A DNA stretch of 64,000 bases from an uncultured bacterium (GCA_963934795.1 CAWWAF010000005.1:5112-69111), one strand, 5' to 3'. Shown: positions 1-10,871, numbered from the stretch's first letter. Made by a program: numbers and translations. The notes: generated by a model from the sequence alone, not told the origin.

Positions 1-14
1 GGTAACCCCGTATC

Positions 15-1913
15 GTGACCGAGCCTGACCTCCCATCGACTGAACACGACTCCCAGTTGCACGACGCGCTGGCACGGTACTGGGGATACCGAGAGTTCAG
101 GCCGCTGCAGCGCGCCGCCATCGATGCCAACCTGCAGGGCCGTGACAGCGTGGTGGTGCTACCGACGGGCGGTGGCAAGTCGCTCTGCTTCCAAATGCCG
201 GCACTGGTTCGCCCGAACCGGGGTCTGGGGCTCGTCGTATCGCCGCTCCTGTCCCTGATGAAGGATCAGGTGGACGGCCTGGTGGCGAGCGGCGTCTCCG
301 CGGCGGCGCTAAACAGCTCGCTGGATGCAGACGAGCGCCGTCAGGTCTACCATGACCTCGACGCGGGGCGCTGCCAGCTGCTCTACGTCACGCCGGAGCG
401 ACTGGTCGGCGACGGTGGCGACGGGTTTCGCACTCGACTGCGCGACTGGGGCGTCAGTTTCGTCGCGGTGGACGAGGCCCACTGCATCAGTCAATGGGGA
501 CACGAGTTCCGGCCCGAGTATCGACGGCTCGCCGAACTCCGCGATGATTTCCCTGACATCTCCATCCACGCGTTCACGGCGACCGCCACGCTCCAGGTGC
601 GAGAGGACATCGCGAGCCAGCTCGCGCTTCGTGACCCAGAGTTCCTGGTCGGCAACTTCGATCGCCCGAACCTCCACTACCGCGTCCTCCTGCGCGCGGG
701 CCTGAAAGACCAGATTCGTCGCGTCGTGGACCGGCATCCCAACGAGGCCGGCATCATCTATTGCGTCTCTCGTAAAGAGGTCGAGAAGCTGGCGGCCTGG
801 CTCGATGAGTCTGGGCACCGGGCGCTCCCCTATCACGCTGGGCTTCCGGACGCGACGCGGCGGCGCAATCAGGAAGCGTTCTTGCAGGAGCGAGTCGACG
901 TCATGGTGGCGACCGTGGCGTTCGGCATGGGGATCGACCGCTCAAACATCCGCTACGTGATCCATGCGGGCTCCCCTCGCTCGGTCGAACACTACCAACA
1001 GGAGTCTGGTCGGGCCGGCCGCGACGGCCTTGAGGCCGAGTGTGTCCTGCTGTACTCCGGGGCCGACTATGCACGCTGGCGCCAGATGCTGGAGCAGAGC
1101 GGTGAACTCTCGGATACGGCACGACGCCTGTTGCGAGACATGGAACGATATGCGGCCGGCACTCGATGCCGGCATCGGTTTCTTGTCGAGTATTTCGGCC
1201 AGGCGTTCGACCGCGACGACTGTGGCGCGTGCGATTGGTGCCTGGAAGAACTGGAGCGCGTGGCCGACCCGGTTACCCTGGCCCAAAAGATTCTGTCGAC
1301 GGTCGTCCGTACCGGCCAGAGCTGGGGCGTCGGGCACGTGATCGACGTCCTGCGTGGTCGTACGACAGAGCAGGTAACGGCGCGACGGCACCACGAGCTG
1401 ACAACGTTTGGTCTGCTCGCCGACTTGTCGATTGCCGAGCTGCGCGGCTACGTCGACCAGCTGACCCAGCAGGACTTGCTCGTGCGGACCGACGGGCCCT
1501 ACCCCGTCCTCCAGTTGACGGAAGACGGCGTGGGCACCCTCAAGGGTCAGACCGACGTCGCACTGTTTCGACAGCCACGACCGACCCCGAGTCAACGACG
1601 ATCACGCCCCGAAGCTGACCCGGCCGCCTGGGACGGCGTCGACCGCGGGTTGTTCGAGGCCCTTCGCCAATGCCGGACCGAGGTGGCCCACGCACGCGGG
1701 GTGCCGCCCTACGTCGTGTTCCACGACAACACGCTTCGCGACTTGGCGCGTCAGCGGCCCACGACGCCGGACGAATTGCTGGGCTGCTACGGGATCGGTG
1801 CGCGGAAAGCTGAAGACCTGGGTCCGATCATCCTCGAGGTCATTCGCGACCACCGCGGAGAACCGAGTCTGGACGCGCCCCATGCACTCGACGACGACCA
1901 CCAGCCTGGTTGA
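15..1913 (+). CDS. recQ: ATP-dependent DNA helicase RecQ (helicase core, Zn-binding RQC, HRDC)
   Basis: Motifs LPTGGGKSLCFQ, VDEAHCISQWGHEFRPEY, ATVAFGMGIDR, QESGRAGRDG, CR...CGACDWC and C-terminal HRDC (VPPYVVFHDNTL). Confidence 0.95.
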   Translation: MTEPDLPSTEHDSQLHDALARYWGYREFRPLQRAAIDANLQGRDSVVVLPTGGGKSLCFQMPALVRPNRGLGLVVSPLLSLMKDQVDGLVASGVSAAALNSSLDADERRQVYHDLDAGRCQLLYVTPERLVGDGGDGFRTRLRDWGVSFVAVDEAHCISQWGHEFRPEYRRLAELRDDFPDISIHAFTATATLQVREDIASQLALRDPEFLVGNFDRPNLHYRVLLRAGLKDQIRRVVDRHPNEAGIIYCVSRKEVEKLAAWLDESGHRALPYHAGLPDATRRRNQEAFLQERVDVMVATVAFGMGIDRSNIRYVIHAGSPRSVEHYQQESGRAGRDGLEAECVLLYSGADYARWRQMLEQSGELSDTARRLLRDMERYAAGTRCRHRFLVEYFGQAFDRDDCGACDWCLEELERVADPVTLAQKILSTVVRTGQSWGVGHVIDVLRGRTTEQVTARRHHELTTFGLLADLSIAELRGYVDQLTQQDLLVRTDGPYPVLQLTEDGVGTLKGQTDVALFRQPRPTPSQRRSRPEADPAAWDGVDRGLFEALRQCRTEVAHARGVPPYVVFHDNTLRDLARQRPTTPDELLGCYGIGARKAEDLGPIILEVIRDHRGEPSLDAPHALDDDHQPG

Positions 1914-1978
1914 CGAGTCCCTCTGAGTCCGCATGTTGTAGTACCGTTCGTTGTCCGTTTTCGGCCAAGGAGGCACCC

Positions 1979-2896
1979 GTGAGTCTCGTCTCGCCCGACG
2001 CTGCCCTACCCCACGTCCCCGTGCGTGAGGACACCGACACGCCACCCGAAACGCGGCGGGCCGCCTGGACCAATCTTCCGTTCCTCGGTATGCATCTGGC
2101 CTGCGTGCTCGTGCTCTGGACCGGGATCAGCCCGACGGCAGCGTGGATCGGGCTGGCCACACTGCTGGTCCGCATGTTTGGACTGACCGGTGGGTACCAC
2201 CGCTACTTCTGCCACCACTCGTTCAAGACGTCGCGAGTCTTCCAGTTCATGCTGGCCTGGGCCGGCGCTGCCGCGGCCCAGAAAGGGCCTCTCTGGTGGG
2301 CTGGACACCACCGTAGTCACCATCGGTACTCAGACACCGAGGCCGATGTGCATCCCCCAGGGGTCAAGGGTTTCTACTGGGCCCACATCGGCTGGGTCAT
2401 GGCCGAAGCCAACGTGCGCACCAAGACCGAGTGGGTCCCGGATTGGCTCAAGTTCCGTGAACTGTCCTGGCTGGATCGCAACCACTATGTGGCACCGATC
2501 AGTCTGGCGGTTGGCCTGTTCGGACTTGGCACCTGGCTGAAAGCGGCACATCCCGAGCTGGGCACCTCAGGACTGCAGCTGCTCGCCGTCGCTTTTTTTC
2601 TGAGCACCACCGTGCTCTACCACGTGACGTTCGCCGTCAACTCGGTGGGTCACACGGTGGGTAGCCGCCGGTATGACACACGTGACGCCAGCCGCAACGG
2701 TCTGCTCCTCGCGTTGGTGACCGCCGGCGAGGGATGGCACAACAACCATCATCGGTATCCAACATCTGAGCGACAGGGTTTCTACTGGTGGGAAATCGAC
2801 GCAACCCACTACGTCGTCGCGCTACTCGGTTGGGTGCGCGTCGTGTGGGATATCCGCGGACCATCCGCCGAAGTCCTGGCTGAAGGCCGTCAATAG
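1979..2896 (+). CDS. Membrane fatty-acid (acyl-CoA delta-9-like) desaturase
   Basis: His boxes YHRYFCHHSF, HHRSHHRYSD, GEGWHNNHHRY; GTG at 1979 follows an AAGGAGG Shine-Dalgarno (open frame begins 1910). Confidence 0.9.
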   Translation: MSLVSPDAALPHVPVREDTDTPPETRRAAWTNLPFLGMHLACVLVLWTGISPTAAWIGLATLLVRMFGLTGGYHRYFCHHSFKTSRVFQFMLAWAGAAAAQKGPLWWAGHHRSHHRYSDTEADVHPPGVKGFYWAHIGWVMAEANVRTKTEWVPDWLKFRELSWLDRNHYVAPISLAVGLFGLGTWLKAAHPELGTSGLQLLAVAFFLSTTVLYHVTFAVNSVGHTVGSRRYDTRDASRNGLLLALVTAGEGWHNNHHRYPTSERQGFYWWEIDATHYVVALLGWVRVVWDIRGPSAEVLAEGRQ

Positions 2897-3597
2897 GACA
2901 CACCCGCTTCCCGCACCCACGCGTCCAGACGAGTCGCCGCGGCCGATACCTTGAGCGGAACCGCCTGGGACGCAATGTCCCCCGAGACGGTGTACCGCTC
3001 CAGCCGCTGCAGTTCCCCGATCAGGCGGACGGCGAAGGCAACCCGGTCTCGATCTCGGTGCGCGGCCGCGGAACCGGCCGGGGGACAGCCCCGCACCATT
3101 ACTTCCGGGTGCTGTTTCTTGAATGTCGCAAGGCAGCGTCGCGTCACAAACGGCTTGGAGACCAGGAGCGCGGACCGGGGCCGCTGGCCCACCGCGCGCA
3201 AGGCAGCCATCCCGAACCGGACGTTCTCGAGGGTGTTCCCGGCCTCCACCTCGATCGTAATGGCGTGTTCCGCGACCTTTTGCCGTATCAGCTCATCCCT
3301 GAAGACCAGGGCTTCCCCTTTCTCGAACACCTCAGCCGTCATCGGTCCGAACCGCCCGGTCACCAACACCGACGACGCGTGCCCCGCGCGGTACAACTCG
3401 GCCGCGCGCCGTGGCACCGCCAGATCCTGGCTGCCGAACACGAAAATTACGTCGCTGGGCGCGGGCCGATCCGCGCGCGCCAAATACTCCCAAATAGGCA
3501 GGACGACACGCTGAAACGCGGCCTCGTCGGGGCCGTTGACCGAATCAGGCGTGGGGACGTCTTGAGGGCCAACACGCATGCGGGCGTACGCTATCAT
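2890..3597 (-). CDS. YdcF/DUF218 (SanA/ElyC-like) family protein
   Basis: DVIFVFGS, LVTG, E..AGNTLENVRF, LLVSKPF..RR motifs; probable start at ATG 3579. Confidence 0.8.
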   Translation of the reverse strand: MIAYARMRVGPQDVPTPDSVNGPDEAAFQRVVLPIWEYLARADRPAPSDVIFVFGSQDLAVPRRAAELYRAGHASSVLVTGRFGPMTAEVFEKGEALVFRDELIRQKVAEHAITIEVEAGNTLENVRFGMAALRAVGQRPRSALLVSKPFVTRRCLATFKKQHPEVMVRGCPPAGSAAAHRDRDRVAFAVRLIGELQRLERYTVSGDIASQAVPLKVSAAATRLDAWVREAGVSY

Positions 3598-3631
3598 GCT
3601 GTGGACGGCTAGGCTGTAGTCGGCCCCTCAG

Positions 3632-5311
3632 GTGTCCAGGACTCGCATACCATTCCGCGGCATGACCGGTCGGCTTCTTGTCGCCTGCAGCCTCGTTTGG
3701 CTCGCGACGACTGCTGGGCGTGGACAAACCCCCGACGACCCGCTCACGCTCGTCACCCGTGAAGACCGACGGCCGCTGCCCACGGTGAGAATGGATGGAC
3801 GGCGCATGGTCGCTGTCAGCCAACTTGCGGCCTCATTCGACCTCACCATCGCCGACACCCCACAACCGGGCAGACTCACCCTGATGCGCGGGGACCGGAT
3901 CATCGTGTTAACCGCCAACGAGGGTCTCGTCTCGGTCGCCGGTCAGCTCGTGGCGCTTCCGTCTCCCCCCCTCGAACGCGACGGCGAGTGGTATGTCCCG
4001 ATCGACTTCATCGGGAGGGCGGTGGCGCTCGTGCACGATGAACCGGTGGAATTGCGCCGCCGATCGGGATTGGTCCTACTGGGTGCCGTGCGCGTACCTC
4101 AAGTAGTGGCCCGGTATCAGCGGTCTGGCCGGCAGTCGCGTCTGCGGCTCATGGTCACCCCGGCCACCGAATACGTGGTCGAGCAGGACGGCAACCGACT
4201 CGTGATCACCCTCGACGCCGACGCCCTCGATCTCGAGCTACGGGACGTACGCCCTGACTCCCTGGTGTCAGACATCCGGGGCGTCGACGGCTCGCCCGCG
4301 CTCGCCATCGACCTTCGCGAGAATTTCGGCAGTTTCGCGGCCACCGCTGAACCGGCACTCGGGGGGGCAGTCGAGATAGTGATCGATTTGCAACCCCGCC
4401 CGGCGGAGGTGACCCGCGCGGTGCCACCTCGGACACCATCCCCAGGGGCCAACCCAGGGCCCAACGCGACTCCCGGAGCCGGACCGGCTGGCCCGGGATC
4501 GGGACCAGCCGTGGCGGTCGCGGGTGGGACGGGCGCAGACGCCGGACTGCCGGTGTTGTCCGAGCTGGCGCCTCGACGAGAGGTCCGCGCGATCGCGATT
4601 GACGCTGGTCACGGTGGTGACGATATCGGCACCCGGGGACCCGAGGGCGCGCTCGAAAAGGATGTCACGCTGGCGGTCGCGCAAAGACTACGGAACCGGA
4701 TCGAAAGCGAGCTCGGTCTGCGGGTGGTGCTGACAAGAACCGGCGACAGCACCGTGTCTCTGGACGAACGCGCGGCCATCGCCAACAACGACCGCGCGGA
4801 CCTGTTCATCAGCCTGCATGCGAACGCGTCAGTTCGCGAAACCGCTACCGGGGCGGAGGTCTTCTATCTCAGCCTGGCTGAGTACGGGGACGAGGCAAGG
4901 GACGCCGGTTTCACCGGTCAGCTGGTCCCCACCGTCGGCGGCGGTACGCGGGTGCTCGACATCGTGCCCTGGGAGATGGCGCAGCTGAGACACGTGGACC
5001 AATCCGCGCGATGGGCAGAGACCGTTGCCGCCGAACTCAGCTTGCGCGTGCCGATGAGCCCGCGTGGCCTCCAGCAGGCGCCGTTCCGCGTGCTGGTGGG
5101 CGCCAACATGCCGGCGGTGGTGCTGGAGATGGGGTTCATCTCGAACCCTGACCAAGAGGCGCAGTTGACCTCGACCACATTCCAAAGTTCGATCGTCAGC
5201 GGCCTGCTTCGCAGCATCATCCGCTATCGAGACGAGATCGCCAGCGAAGCCACCCCGCCGGTCGCGCCACGCGATGCCGTGCCCCCCGATCCGACGGGAC
5301 GCAGCCGATGA
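3632..5311 (+). CDS. N-acetylmuramoyl-L-alanine amidase (Amidase_3), exported
   Basis: Signal peptide; IDAGHGG, EKDVTL, LFISLHAN, PAVVLEMGFISN; Pro/Gly-rich linker before the catalytic domain. Confidence 0.9.
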   Translation: MSRTRIPFRGMTGRLLVACSLVWLATTAGRGQTPDDPLTLVTREDRRPLPTVRMDGRRMVAVSQLAASFDLTIADTPQPGRLTLMRGDRIIVLTANEGLVSVAGQLVALPSPPLERDGEWYVPIDFIGRAVALVHDEPVELRRRSGLVLLGAVRVPQVVARYQRSGRQSRLRLMVTPATEYVVEQDGNRLVITLDADALDLELRDVRPDSLVSDIRGVDGSPALAIDLRENFGSFAATAEPALGGAVEIVIDLQPRPAEVTRAVPPRTPSPGANPGPNATPGAGPAGPGSGPAVAVAGGTGADAGLPVLSELAPRREVRAIAIDAGHGGDDIGTRGPEGALEKDVTLAVAQRLRNRIESELGLRVVLTRTGDSTVSLDERAAIANNDRADLFISLHANASVRETATGAEVFYLSLAEYGDEARDAGFTGQLVPTVGGGTRVLDIVPWEMAQLRHVDQSARWAETVAAELSLRVPMSPRGLQQAPFRVLVGANMPAVVLEMGFISNPDQEAQLTSTTFQSSIVSGLLRSIIRYRDEIASEATPPVAPRDAVPPDPTGRSR

Positions 5312-5922
5312 CGCGCGAGCACTGGCTCTACGGCGGTCTGGGCGCCGTGTCCCTCGTCGGCATCTGGGTGCTGTTCGTGGGGCTGCCCCGATGGTATCCC
5401 CCCGCGGGGACGGAGACGACGGCCGCGCCGACGGCTGTCGCCATGCCAGGCGACGACGAACTCGTCAACGCGACGTTGTTCTACATCTCTGACGACGGTA
5501 TGCGTCTGGTCGGGTTTGAGCGACCGCTTGAGCGAGACGCGGACCCGACCGCGCAGGCGCGCATCATTTTGGAGGCGCAACTCACGGAACCGCCCACCCC
5601 ACTGCTGTCCCCGATTCCACTCGGCACGGAGTTGCGCGCGTTCTACATGGCCGGTCAGGACGCCTTCGTAGACTTGAGCGCCGAAGTCACACTCGGTCAC
5701 TCAGGCGGTTCGCTCGAAGAACTGTTCACCGTGTACGCGATCGTGAACGCGCTGACCACCAATATTCCTGCGATCAATGCCGTCCAGATCCTTGTGAATG
5801 GGAACGAGGTCGACACGCTCGTTGGACACGTCGACCTCCAGCACCCACTTGAACGAAACCTGCAATGGGTCGCCGACCCGAACACGGCACCCCGTCCCAA
5901 TGACCAGACTGACCCCCTATGA
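5308..5922 (+). CDS. GerMN domain protein
   Basis: N-terminal TM helix; [44 protein letters not shown]; ATGA overlaps with both neighbours. Confidence 0.85.
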   Translation: MTREHWLYGGLGAVSLVGIWVLFVGLPRWYPPAGTETTAAPTAVAMPGDDELVNATLFYISDDGMRLVGFERPLERDADPTAQARIILEAQLTEPPTPLLSPIPLGTELRAFYMAGQDAFVDLSAEVTLGHSGGSLEELFTVYAIVNALTTNIPAINAVQILVNGNEVDTLVGHVDLQHPLERNLQWVADPNTAPRPNDQTDPL

Positions 5923-6653
5923 CCACATCAACTCGAACGCATGCACGCCCGGTGGACCAGCTACGCCCAACCGTTCTCACACCCCACTACCTCGAACACG
6001 CGGAGGGCTCGGTGCTCATCGAAGCGGGGCGCACCCGTGTCATCTGCACCGCGAGTGTCGAGGACAAGCTGCCCCCGTTTCTCCGCGGCTCCGGCAAGGG
6101 GTGGGTCACCGCGGAATACGGCATGCTGCCCAGGGCCACCTCGACGCGCAACTCGCGAGAGGCGAGCCGCGGCAAACAGAGCGGACGCACGCAAGAAATC
6201 CAGCGCCTGATCGGACGGTCGCTTCGAGCCGTCACCCAGCTCGAGGCCCTCGGTGAACGGACCGTCTGGATCGACTGTGACGTCATTCAGGCGGACGGCG
6301 GCACGCGCACGGCCGCAATCACCGGTGGCTTCGTGGCGCTCGTCTTGGCGCTCCAGCGCTTGAAGGAGCGCGGCACGCTCAAGCAGATACCGGTGACGGA
6401 CCATGTGGCCGCCATCAGCGTGGGCATCGTGAAAGGCACCCCGTTGCTAGATCTGGCCTATGACGAAGACTCGACGGCCGATGTCGACATGAATGTGGTG
6501 ATGACCGGGGACCGCCGGTTCATCGAAGTACAAGGCACCGCCGAAGGCGCGCCGTTCACCCGCGAGTCACACGACGCCCTGCTTGCGTTGGCGGAAGCCG
6601 GCATCGGTGAACTCGTTTCTCTTCAGCGTGAGCTCGTGGGCGAGTTCATCTAG
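5919..6653 (+). CDS. rph: Ribonuclease PH
   Basis: [54 protein letters not shown]. Confidence 0.97.
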   Translation: MTTSTRTHARPVDQLRPTVLTPHYLEHAEGSVLIEAGRTRVICTASVEDKLPPFLRGSGKGWVTAEYGMLPRATSTRNSREASRGKQSGRTQEIQRLIGRSLRAVTQLEALGERTVWIDCDVIQADGGTRTAAITGGFVALVLALQRLKERGTLKQIPVTDHVAAISVGIVKGTPLLDLAYDEDSTADVDMNVVMTGDRRFIEVQGTAEGAPFTRESHDALLALAEAGIGELVSLQRELVGEFI

Positions 6654-6666
6654 CCGGCGGCGATCC

Positions 6667-7263
6667 ATGACGGACCCGGACCCGAAGCGACTACTGGTCG
6701 CCACCACCAACACAGGGAAGCTGCGCGAGATACGCGCCATCCTTGCCGATCTGCCGTTGACGATCACCACGCTGGCCGACTACAAGACGCTTCCAGAACC
6801 GGAAGAAACGGGGAACACATTTGCCGCCAACGCCCGGATCAAGGCGCTGGCCTACGCTGGCGCAACCGGCGAACTGACCGTCGCGGAAGACTCCGGGCTT
6901 GAAATCGACGCGCTCGACGGCGAACCGGGGGTGCGGTCAGCCAGATTCAACGGTGAGTCCTATGCCGAAAAGTTCGCCACCATCGCCCGCATGCTGGAAG
7001 AACGCGGGACGGAGTCAAGCACCGCCCGATTTGTCTGCGCGCTGGTCCTGACCCAACCGGACGGCGTAGCCTGGGAGACGACCGGCGTCGTCGAAGGTCG
7101 TCTGCAATTGCCGGCTCGTGGCCAGGGCGGCTTCGGATACGACCCGATTTTCTACTACCCGGAGTACGGTCGGACGTTGGCGGACGTGACCGACGCTGAA
7201 AAGGCAGCCGTCAGCCACCGCGGCCAGGCGTTTCGGCGTCTCCGTGACTACCTGGCCACCTAG
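6667..7263 (+). CDS. rdgB: Non-canonical purine NTP pyrophosphatase (RdgB/HAM1)
   Basis: ATTNTGKLREI, EDSGLEIDALDGEPGVRSAR, GFGYDPIF, K...SHRG; follows rph; start placed at ATG 6667. Confidence 0.93.
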   Translation: MTDPDPKRLLVATTNTGKLREIRAILADLPLTITTLADYKTLPEPEETGNTFAANARIKALAYAGATGELTVAEDSGLEIDALDGEPGVRSARFNGESYAEKFATIARMLEERGTESSTARFVCALVLTQPDGVAWETTGVVEGRLQLPARGQGGFGYDPIFYYPEYGRTLADVTDAEKAAVSHRGQAFRRLRDYLAT

Positions 7264-7361
7264 CCGAAAAGGCAGCTCAGCCACCGCGGCCGGGCGGAAC
7301 GACGCCTCCGTGGGTAATTGGCCAGTTAGCCCGTGCGGCGCCCGGGCCGCCATACCGCCGT

Positions 7362-7880
7362 CTAATGTGGCAACTTTCCGAACGGTAGCCGTCGCTGAAA
7401 GAGTTGGTAGATGTGGTGGGCTTCGTGATGGGCCATGTACTCCACCTGGAAATGCACATCGAACCGCGCATACTCGGGGTGCCGACCACCGCGATGCCAT
7501 GCCGCCGGACTCAGCTCAAGCAGCCGGTCTGCCAGACGCTCTCGGTCCGCGAGAAACGCATCCCGGGTCTCTGTCCCGTCATGGGCCACCAGCTTCTCGA
7601 AGTCGGTGTCATTGTCTGGACTGTAAGGGAGGAAGACCGGATCCTCCCTGGTCAGCATTGCCTCGATTCGCTCGTCGAACAGATGCTGCACGCGCCACAG
7701 GTGACACACCAACTCCTTCACTGACCACTTGTCTGGCAGCGTCCGCTCCGAGAGCTGGGCGTCATCGAGTCCTCGTGTCAAACGCTCGATCTCGGCACCT
7801 TGGCTGCGGAGCCGGTCCACGAGGCGCCGATGCGCCGCGTGCTTGTCGTGTCCGTTGGATGAGTGAGCGTGATCCGACAT
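7362..7880 (-). CDS. DinB family protein
   Basis: WSVKELVCHL and HHEAHHIYQ metal-binding His pattern. Confidence 0.8.
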   Translation of the reverse strand: MSDHAHSSNGHDKHAAHRRLVDRLRSQGAEIERLTRGLDDAQLSERTLPDKWSVKELVCHLWRVQHLFDERIEAMLTREDPVFLPYSPDNDTDFEKLVAHDGTETRDAFLADRERLADRLLELSPAAWHRGGRHPEYARFDVHFQVEYMAHHEAHHIYQLFQRRLPFGKLPH

Positions 7881-7984
7881 GCGCTCCAGTATAGCGCCCG
7901 TCTAGGTGCACGCCGGTCGCCCGATCCCACCCGGAGACGGGGCGTGTCGCGCGTCTCGTCGTGGCGCCGCTCGTCTCGGCCCCG

Positions 7985-9394
7985 TCATTCGCGGTGCGGA
8001 AGGGCAATCGTGAAGATCGAACCACCGCCATCACGGTGCGCAACCCGAACGGTGCCGCCGTGTAAGCCCACGAGATGTTTCACGATCGAAAGCCCTAGAC
8101 CGGTGCCCCCCTTCTCCCTGGAGCGCGCGGCATCGACGCGGTAGAACCGCTCGAAGACGCGCACGCGATCCGCATCGGGGATCCCCGGCCCTCGGTCCGC
8201 GACCGACAGATTATCCACGAAGTCGTCTGACACGGCAGTCAGCTCGATGACGCTGTCCTCCGGAGCGTAGGCGATAGCATTCTCGACCAGGTTGCGAAGG
8301 GCGTCGTGCAGCTTGACCGGGTCCGCTTGCACATGAGCCGCAGCGTCCTGCACCGACGTATCGACTCGTTGTCGCTTGGCGGCGCTCATCGGCTCCAACT
8401 CGTCGCGGATCGCGCCGAACACGGACTCCATTGAACACGACGTCAGACCGAGCACTTCCTGTCTTGCGTCCAGCCGTGCCAACCGCAGCAGGTCACTCAC
8501 GAGGCGCTCCATCCTGCCGCTGTTTCTCGCGATGATCGAGAGGAAGCGGGGATCCCCCCCCGGGAGGCCTTCATCGAGCAGCGCCTCCACACTCCCTCTG
8601 ATGGCGGTCAGCGGCGTCCGTAACTCGTGAGACACATTGGCCACGAAGTCCTGCCGGATGTGGTCCGCGTGCCGTTCCTCGGTCACGTTGTGGAACACCA
8701 AGGCCACGCCACGCTGGCTCTCCACGGTGAACGGTCGTGCGCCGGCGAGAAACACTTGAGGAGGCGTCGTGTTGAGCGTCACGTCGCATGGGGCCGTGCG
8801 CTCCCCTCGTAGCGCCGCCGTAATCATCCGTGTAATCTCCGGGTGCCGGATCCACTCGAGGTAGTGGCTACCAGCGGGCTCGTCGTCGACATCGAGCATC
8901 GACATCACGGATGGATTCGCCGTTTGCACGCGACCCGAGTCGTTGATGACGAGCACGCCCTCTGCGATACCCTCCAGTATGGCGGCGGTATGGGTCTGTT
9001 GGGCTGAGAGCTCCTCCACCCGGCGCTTCGACGCACCGGCGACTTGGTCGAGCGCATGCGCCACACGCCCCAGTTCGTCGTCTGCCGTGTCACGACCTAC
9101 ATCGTGTGGCGGGTCGTCTGGACCGCGAGGCAGCTGGGGCCCAGCAGCCTGGCGTCGCGCCCGGTCGGCAATGGCGTCAAGACGTTGACGGAGCGTACGA
9201 GACGTGACCCTGGCGAGCACGAATGCGGCACACAGCGCCACCAACAGCCCGGCGGCCACGGCTGCGGTTACCTCGCCGACCGACAGGCTACCCGAGGGCG
9301 GGCGCACCGCGGAGACGAGTAGCCCCCACGACACCGCGAGGCTCAACAGGGCCACCGTAACGGCCGTCACGAAGAACCGGGTCTGTAGCTTCAC
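7985..9394 (-). CDS. phoR: PhoR-like sensor histidine kinase (2 TM, HAMP, PAS, HisKA, HATPase)
   Basis: DFVANVSHELRTPLTAI, NLVENAI, DRGPGIP, FERFYRVD, GGTGLGLSIVKH; last gene of the pst-phoU-phoB operon; GTG start at 9394 inferred. Confidence 0.88.
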   Translation of the reverse strand: MKLQTRFFVTAVTVALLSLAVSWGLLVSAVRPPSGSLSVGEVTAAVAAGLLVALCAAFVLARVTSRTLRQRLDAIADRARRQAAGPQLPRGPDDPPHDVGRDTADDELGRVAHALDQVAGASKRRVEELSAQQTHTAAILEGIAEGVLVINDSGRVQTANPSVMSMLDVDDEPAGSHYLEWIRHPEITRMITAALRGERTAPCDVTLNTTPPQVFLAGARPFTVESQRGVALVFHNVTEERHADHIRQDFVANVSHELRTPLTAIRGSVEALLDEGLPGGDPRFLSIIARNSGRMERLVSDLLRLARLDARQEVLGLTSCSMESVFGAIRDELEPMSAAKRQRVDTSVQDAAAHVQADPVKLHDALRNLVENAIAYAPEDSVIELTAVSDDFVDNLSVADRGPGIPDADRVRVFERFYRVDAARSREKGGTGLGLSIVKHLVGLHGGTVRVAHRDGGGSIFTIALPHRE

Positions 9395-9419
9395 GTCGCT
9401 ATGGCGGTAGGGTTGTCGG

Positions 9420-10103
9420 TCACGGAGTGTCGACGAACTTATACCCGAACTGCTTGACGGTGACGATGTGCCCCCCCGTCGCAGGAAGCTTCTCCCGGAG
9501 GCGTCGAATGTGTACGTCGACCGTCCGGGTCCCCCCCGTATAGCGATACCCCCAGACGTCAGACAGCAGCAAGTCACGCGACAGGACGCGCCCCCGATGT
9601 TCGAGCAGGTATTGCAGCAGCAGAAACTCCTTGGCGGGCAGGTGGACCATGCGCCCGTCCTCCGTCACCTCGTGGCGGTCCAGGTCAATCACCAACGGAC
9701 CGAATCGCAAGACCGTGTCTGGATCCTCCGCCTGGGTCCTTCGCAACACGGCCCTCACCCGCGCCACCAACTCCTTGGGGCTGAATGGCTTCGTGACGTA
9801 GTCGTCCGCACCCAGCTCGAGCCCTCTCACACGGTCCTCTTCGTCAGCCCGAGCGGTCAACATGATGATGGGCGTGGATGCGAGTCGCGGGTCGGCCCTC
9901 ATCGACCTGCAGATCTCCAGACCGCTGAGACCGGGCAGCATCAGGTCGAGCACGACGAGAGCCGGGGTGTCCCGCCGCACCCGGTCCAGGACCTCTGACC
10001 CGGACGACAGGATGTCTGTCCGAAGACCGGCGCGAGACAGGTGGTAGGCGACCAGATCCGCAATGTCTCGATCGTCCTCCACCACGAGGATGCGACTAGC
10101 CAT
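9420..10103 (-). CDS. phoB: OmpR/PhoB family response regulator
   Basis: ILVVEDD, LDLMLPG, GADDYVTKPFS, RTVDVHIRRLREKL; lies between phoU and the kinase. Confidence 0.88.
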   Translation of the reverse strand: MASRILVVEDDRDIADLVAYHLSRAGLRTDILSSGSEVLDRVRRDTPALVVLDLMLPGLSGLEICRSMRADPRLASTPIIMLTARADEEDRVRGLELGADDYVTKPFSPKELVARVRAVLRRTQAEDPDTVLRFGPLVIDLDRHEVTEDGRMVHLPAKEFLLLQYLLEHRGRVLSRDLLLSDVWGYRYTGGTRTVDVHIRRLREKLPATGGHIVTVKQFGYKFVDTP

Positions 10104-10134
10104 TGTAGGTGCGCGGGGCGGCGGCCACAGGCGG

Positions 10135-10860
10135 CTAGGCGGTGGGCGCGCCGCCCTCACGCCCGTGATGTCGCACGTCGAGTCCGGAGACGATGAAGAT
10201 CGCCTCCTCGGCGATGTTCGTCGCGTGGTCGCCGATGCGTTCCAGATGTCGAGAAATCAGAAGCAACTCGAGGGCTGGCTGGGTCACCACGTTGTCGGAG
10301 CACATGAACCCTAGCAGGTCTCGGAATACCTGGTCCTTGAGCCCGTCGAGAGAATCGTCACGGTCGAGCACGTTCTGCGCAAGTACGGTGTCTTGTCGTA
10401 CGTAGGCATCTAGCGCATCACGCAGCATACCCTGTGCGATATCCGCCATGCGTGGAATGTCGACCAACGGCTTGACGGACGGTTGTTCTAGGTAACGGAG
10501 CGTGGCTTCTCCGATGTTGATCGCAAAGTCGCCGACCCGTTCCAGGTCGCTGTTGATCTTCACCGCTGACACGACCGCTCGCAGGTCGGTCGCCACGGGC
10601 TGGTGCAATGCGAGGAGCTGAAAGCACCGCTCATCGATCTCGATGTGGAGTTGGTTGATGGCCTCGTCGCCGGTCAGGACGCGCACGGCCGTCGCGTAGT
10701 CGCGATTAACCAGGGCGCGCATCGCGTCTCGAACCTGCTCTTCGGCGGCACCCGCCATCACGAGCAATCGCGCTTTGAGCTGCGCCATCTCGTCATGGAA
10801 GTGCGGGGTCAAATTGTGAGGTGCATCCACGAACGGTTCTCCTCGGCGGCCGGTCGCCAC
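10135..10860 (-). CDS. phoU: Phosphate signalling protein PhoU
   Basis: HQPVATDLR, DLERVGD, RHLERIGDHATNIAE; exact start uncertain. Confidence 0.95.
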   Translation of the reverse strand: MATGRRGEPFVDAPHNLTPHFHDEMAQLKARLLVMAGAAEEQVRDAMRALVNRDYATAVRVLTGDEAINQLHIEIDERCFQLLALHQPVATDLRAVVSAVKINSDLERVGDFAINIGEATLRYLEQPSVKPLVDIPRMADIAQGMLRDALDAYVRQDTVLAQNVLDRDDSLDGLKDQVFRDLLGFMCSDNVVTQPALELLLISRHLERIGDHATNIAEEAIFIVSGLDVRHHGREGGAPTA

Positions 10861-10871
10861 GCGGAACGGCG

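Noticed and set aside
4430-4550. Short near-tandem repeats (ccagggg/cccaac) in the amidase gene
   Set aside because: They encode a Pro/Gly/Ala linker (PGANPGPNATPG) and are not an independent repeat element
7244-7894. 216-aa + strand ORF after rdgB
   Set aside because: It is antisense to the DinB gene, has low-complexity composition and no recognisable motifs
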